The position numbers were made by a program, and so were the translations under genes. A stretch of 64,000 bases of DNA from an uncultured Candidatus Saccharibacteria bacterium (GTDB taxonomy: Bacteria; Patescibacteriota; Minisyncoccia; JACQLN01). Location of the stretch: assembly GCA_964526375.1 (NCBI GenBank), contig CAZGLK010000001.1:4811-68810 (forward strand), given 5' to 3'. The notes under the pieces were generated by a model. That model had not been told where the DNA came from, did not search any database, and saw only the letters and a list, made by a program, of their open reading frames with translations. Below are positions 63,051-64,000 of the stretch, in pieces. Numbering within the stretch: the first letter of the stretch is position 1; each line of letters starts with the position of its first letter.

Positions 63051-64000
63051 GTATCTCGCCTTAGTTCTGGCGGGCGTATTGTTAACGGGTGTGCTGTATG
63101 TGTCCCCCCAGATTTTAATTTTAAGACAGGTTGAAAATAGCGGGGGTGCTTTTGCGCTAAGACAATTTGTGGAATTTACCGACGAAGTTCATGGTTATTT
63201 TCCTCGGGCTAAAGAGGTGGCTGACGGCCATTTTCCTCCCAGCGATCTTTTTCTCGGCAGCGGAGCTCCAATCGTGCTTAATCCATTGCCGCCTTTGTTG
63301 TTTGGGGCGTTAATATTTTTATTTGGCGACATAACCCGGGCCTACTTCGCCGCCCAGTTTATTTTTTCGGGATTATTATTTCTTTTGTTTGTCTGGCTGG
63401 GCCGCGAGATTTTTAACGGTTCCCGGTTTGGATCAGTAGTGTTAGGTTTGGTGGGCATTTTAACGCCCATAGCTTTGCATCTGCCGCGAGCTTTTTTTGG
63501 TCTGGAGAACTTTCTTAATATTGTGGCTAAAAATTTTTTCCCTTTGGTTAAGACACACCTGGGAACCCTGTTTTTTTCGCGCATAGACGACCCTTTGTTG
63601 ACCTATCTTTTTTATCTGCCCGCCATTGTTTTACTGCTTAGGTTTTGGAAAGATCCCTCCCGCCGCGGCGTGGCCGTGGGCGCTGGTCTTTTAGGAGCAT
63701 CCCTGATGTATGTCTATTTCCATTTTTGGGTCTATTGGATTGTTGTTTTGGGACTATTGGGCATCATCTGCATCTTGTTAAAAGAAAGGAACAAAGATTA
63801 TTTTAGCGGGTTTAGGTGGTTGCTGGGGGCTTTCCTGGTAACGGCTTTGCCCTACGGTGTTAATTATTTTAACTTTTCAAGGTTGCCGTCGTCGGCTGAT
63901 TACCTCTTGAGATTGGGTCTAGAATCGGGCAGAATTTTTAAGCCCGAGGCCATCCCTCATTTTATTGCCTATTCCGTTTTGGCGGTTTTGGTTTATTTTG
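63031..64000 (+). CDS. large polytopic membrane protein, N-terminal part (continues past the window); paralog of 32643-34541
   Basis: YFPRAKEVADGHFPPSDL aligns with YLPRAREIYDGNFPPADL; IDDPLLTYLFYLPA… aligns with IDNPLLTVPFYLLA…; FHFWVYWIVVLGLL aligns with FHLWVFWVVLIGIL in the - strand protein; again adjacent to a DPM1-like GT2. Confidence 0.6.
   Translation, partial: MPRVSFRYLALVLAGVLLTGVLYVSPQILILRQVENSGGAFALRQFVEFTDEVHGYFPRAKEVADGHFPPSDLFLGSGAPIVLNPLPPLLFGALIFLFGDITRAYFAAQFIFSGLLFLLFVWLGREIFNGSRFGSVVLGLVGILTPIALHLPRAFFGLENFLNIVAKNFFPLVKTHLGTLFFSRIDDPLLTYLFYLPAIVLLLRFWKDPSRRGVAVGAGLLGASLMYVYFHFWVYWIVVLGLLGIICILLKERNKDYFSGFRWLLGAFLVTALPYGVNYFNFSRLPSSADYLLRLGLESGRIFKPEAIPHFIAYSVLAVLVYF

Overview
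This 64 kb chromosomal window looks like a small-genome Patescibacteria/CPR-type bacterium, judged by an AT-rich backbone, short genes, a split ComEC and giant surface proteins. The first ~21 kb carry housekeeping genes: efp, a ComEC split into two ORFs, an MNT/HEPN toxin-antitoxin cassette, a divergent adenylate-kinase-like gene, nth, murD, tRNA-His(GTG), tRNA-Arg(UCU), clpB behind a CIRCE-like operator, and a 1273-aa secreted Thr/Gly-rich surface protein. From ~21.3 kb to the window end (>43 kb) lies one very large glycan-biosynthesis island:
- seven GT4 and two GT2 glycosyltransferases, two paralogous 630-aa polytopic membrane proteins (GT-C-like), and a Wzx-like flippase;
- a dTDP-deoxysugar branch (rfbB, rfbD, a C-methyltransferase and a TylF-like O-methyltransferase);
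- a NeuB-like synthase, KdsC-like phosphatase and NeuA-like CMP-transferase set;
- five paralogous ~450-aa GT-B (TagF/KpsC-like) proteins;
- an unusual acyl-carrier-protein-centred tailoring module: an FkbH-like HAD/GNAT protein, three paralogous ACPs, an acyl-CoA ligase, a MaoC dehydratase, a FabG-like SDR and two FemAB/GNAT-like transferases.
Independent of gene content, the sequence is unusually rich in imperfect heptanucleotide tandem repeats. They are inserted in frame at linker positions of the glycosyltransferase genes and form phased CGAAT-type arrays in promoter regions. Other structural oddities are:
- a conserved 46-nt stem-loop repeat in three copies;
- 65-bp direct repeats and a duplicated terminator bracketing the TA cassette;
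- a ~1-kb GC-rich orphan segment;
- a 165-bp palindrome.
All protein identifications rest on motif recognition by eye and were not confirmed by a search.
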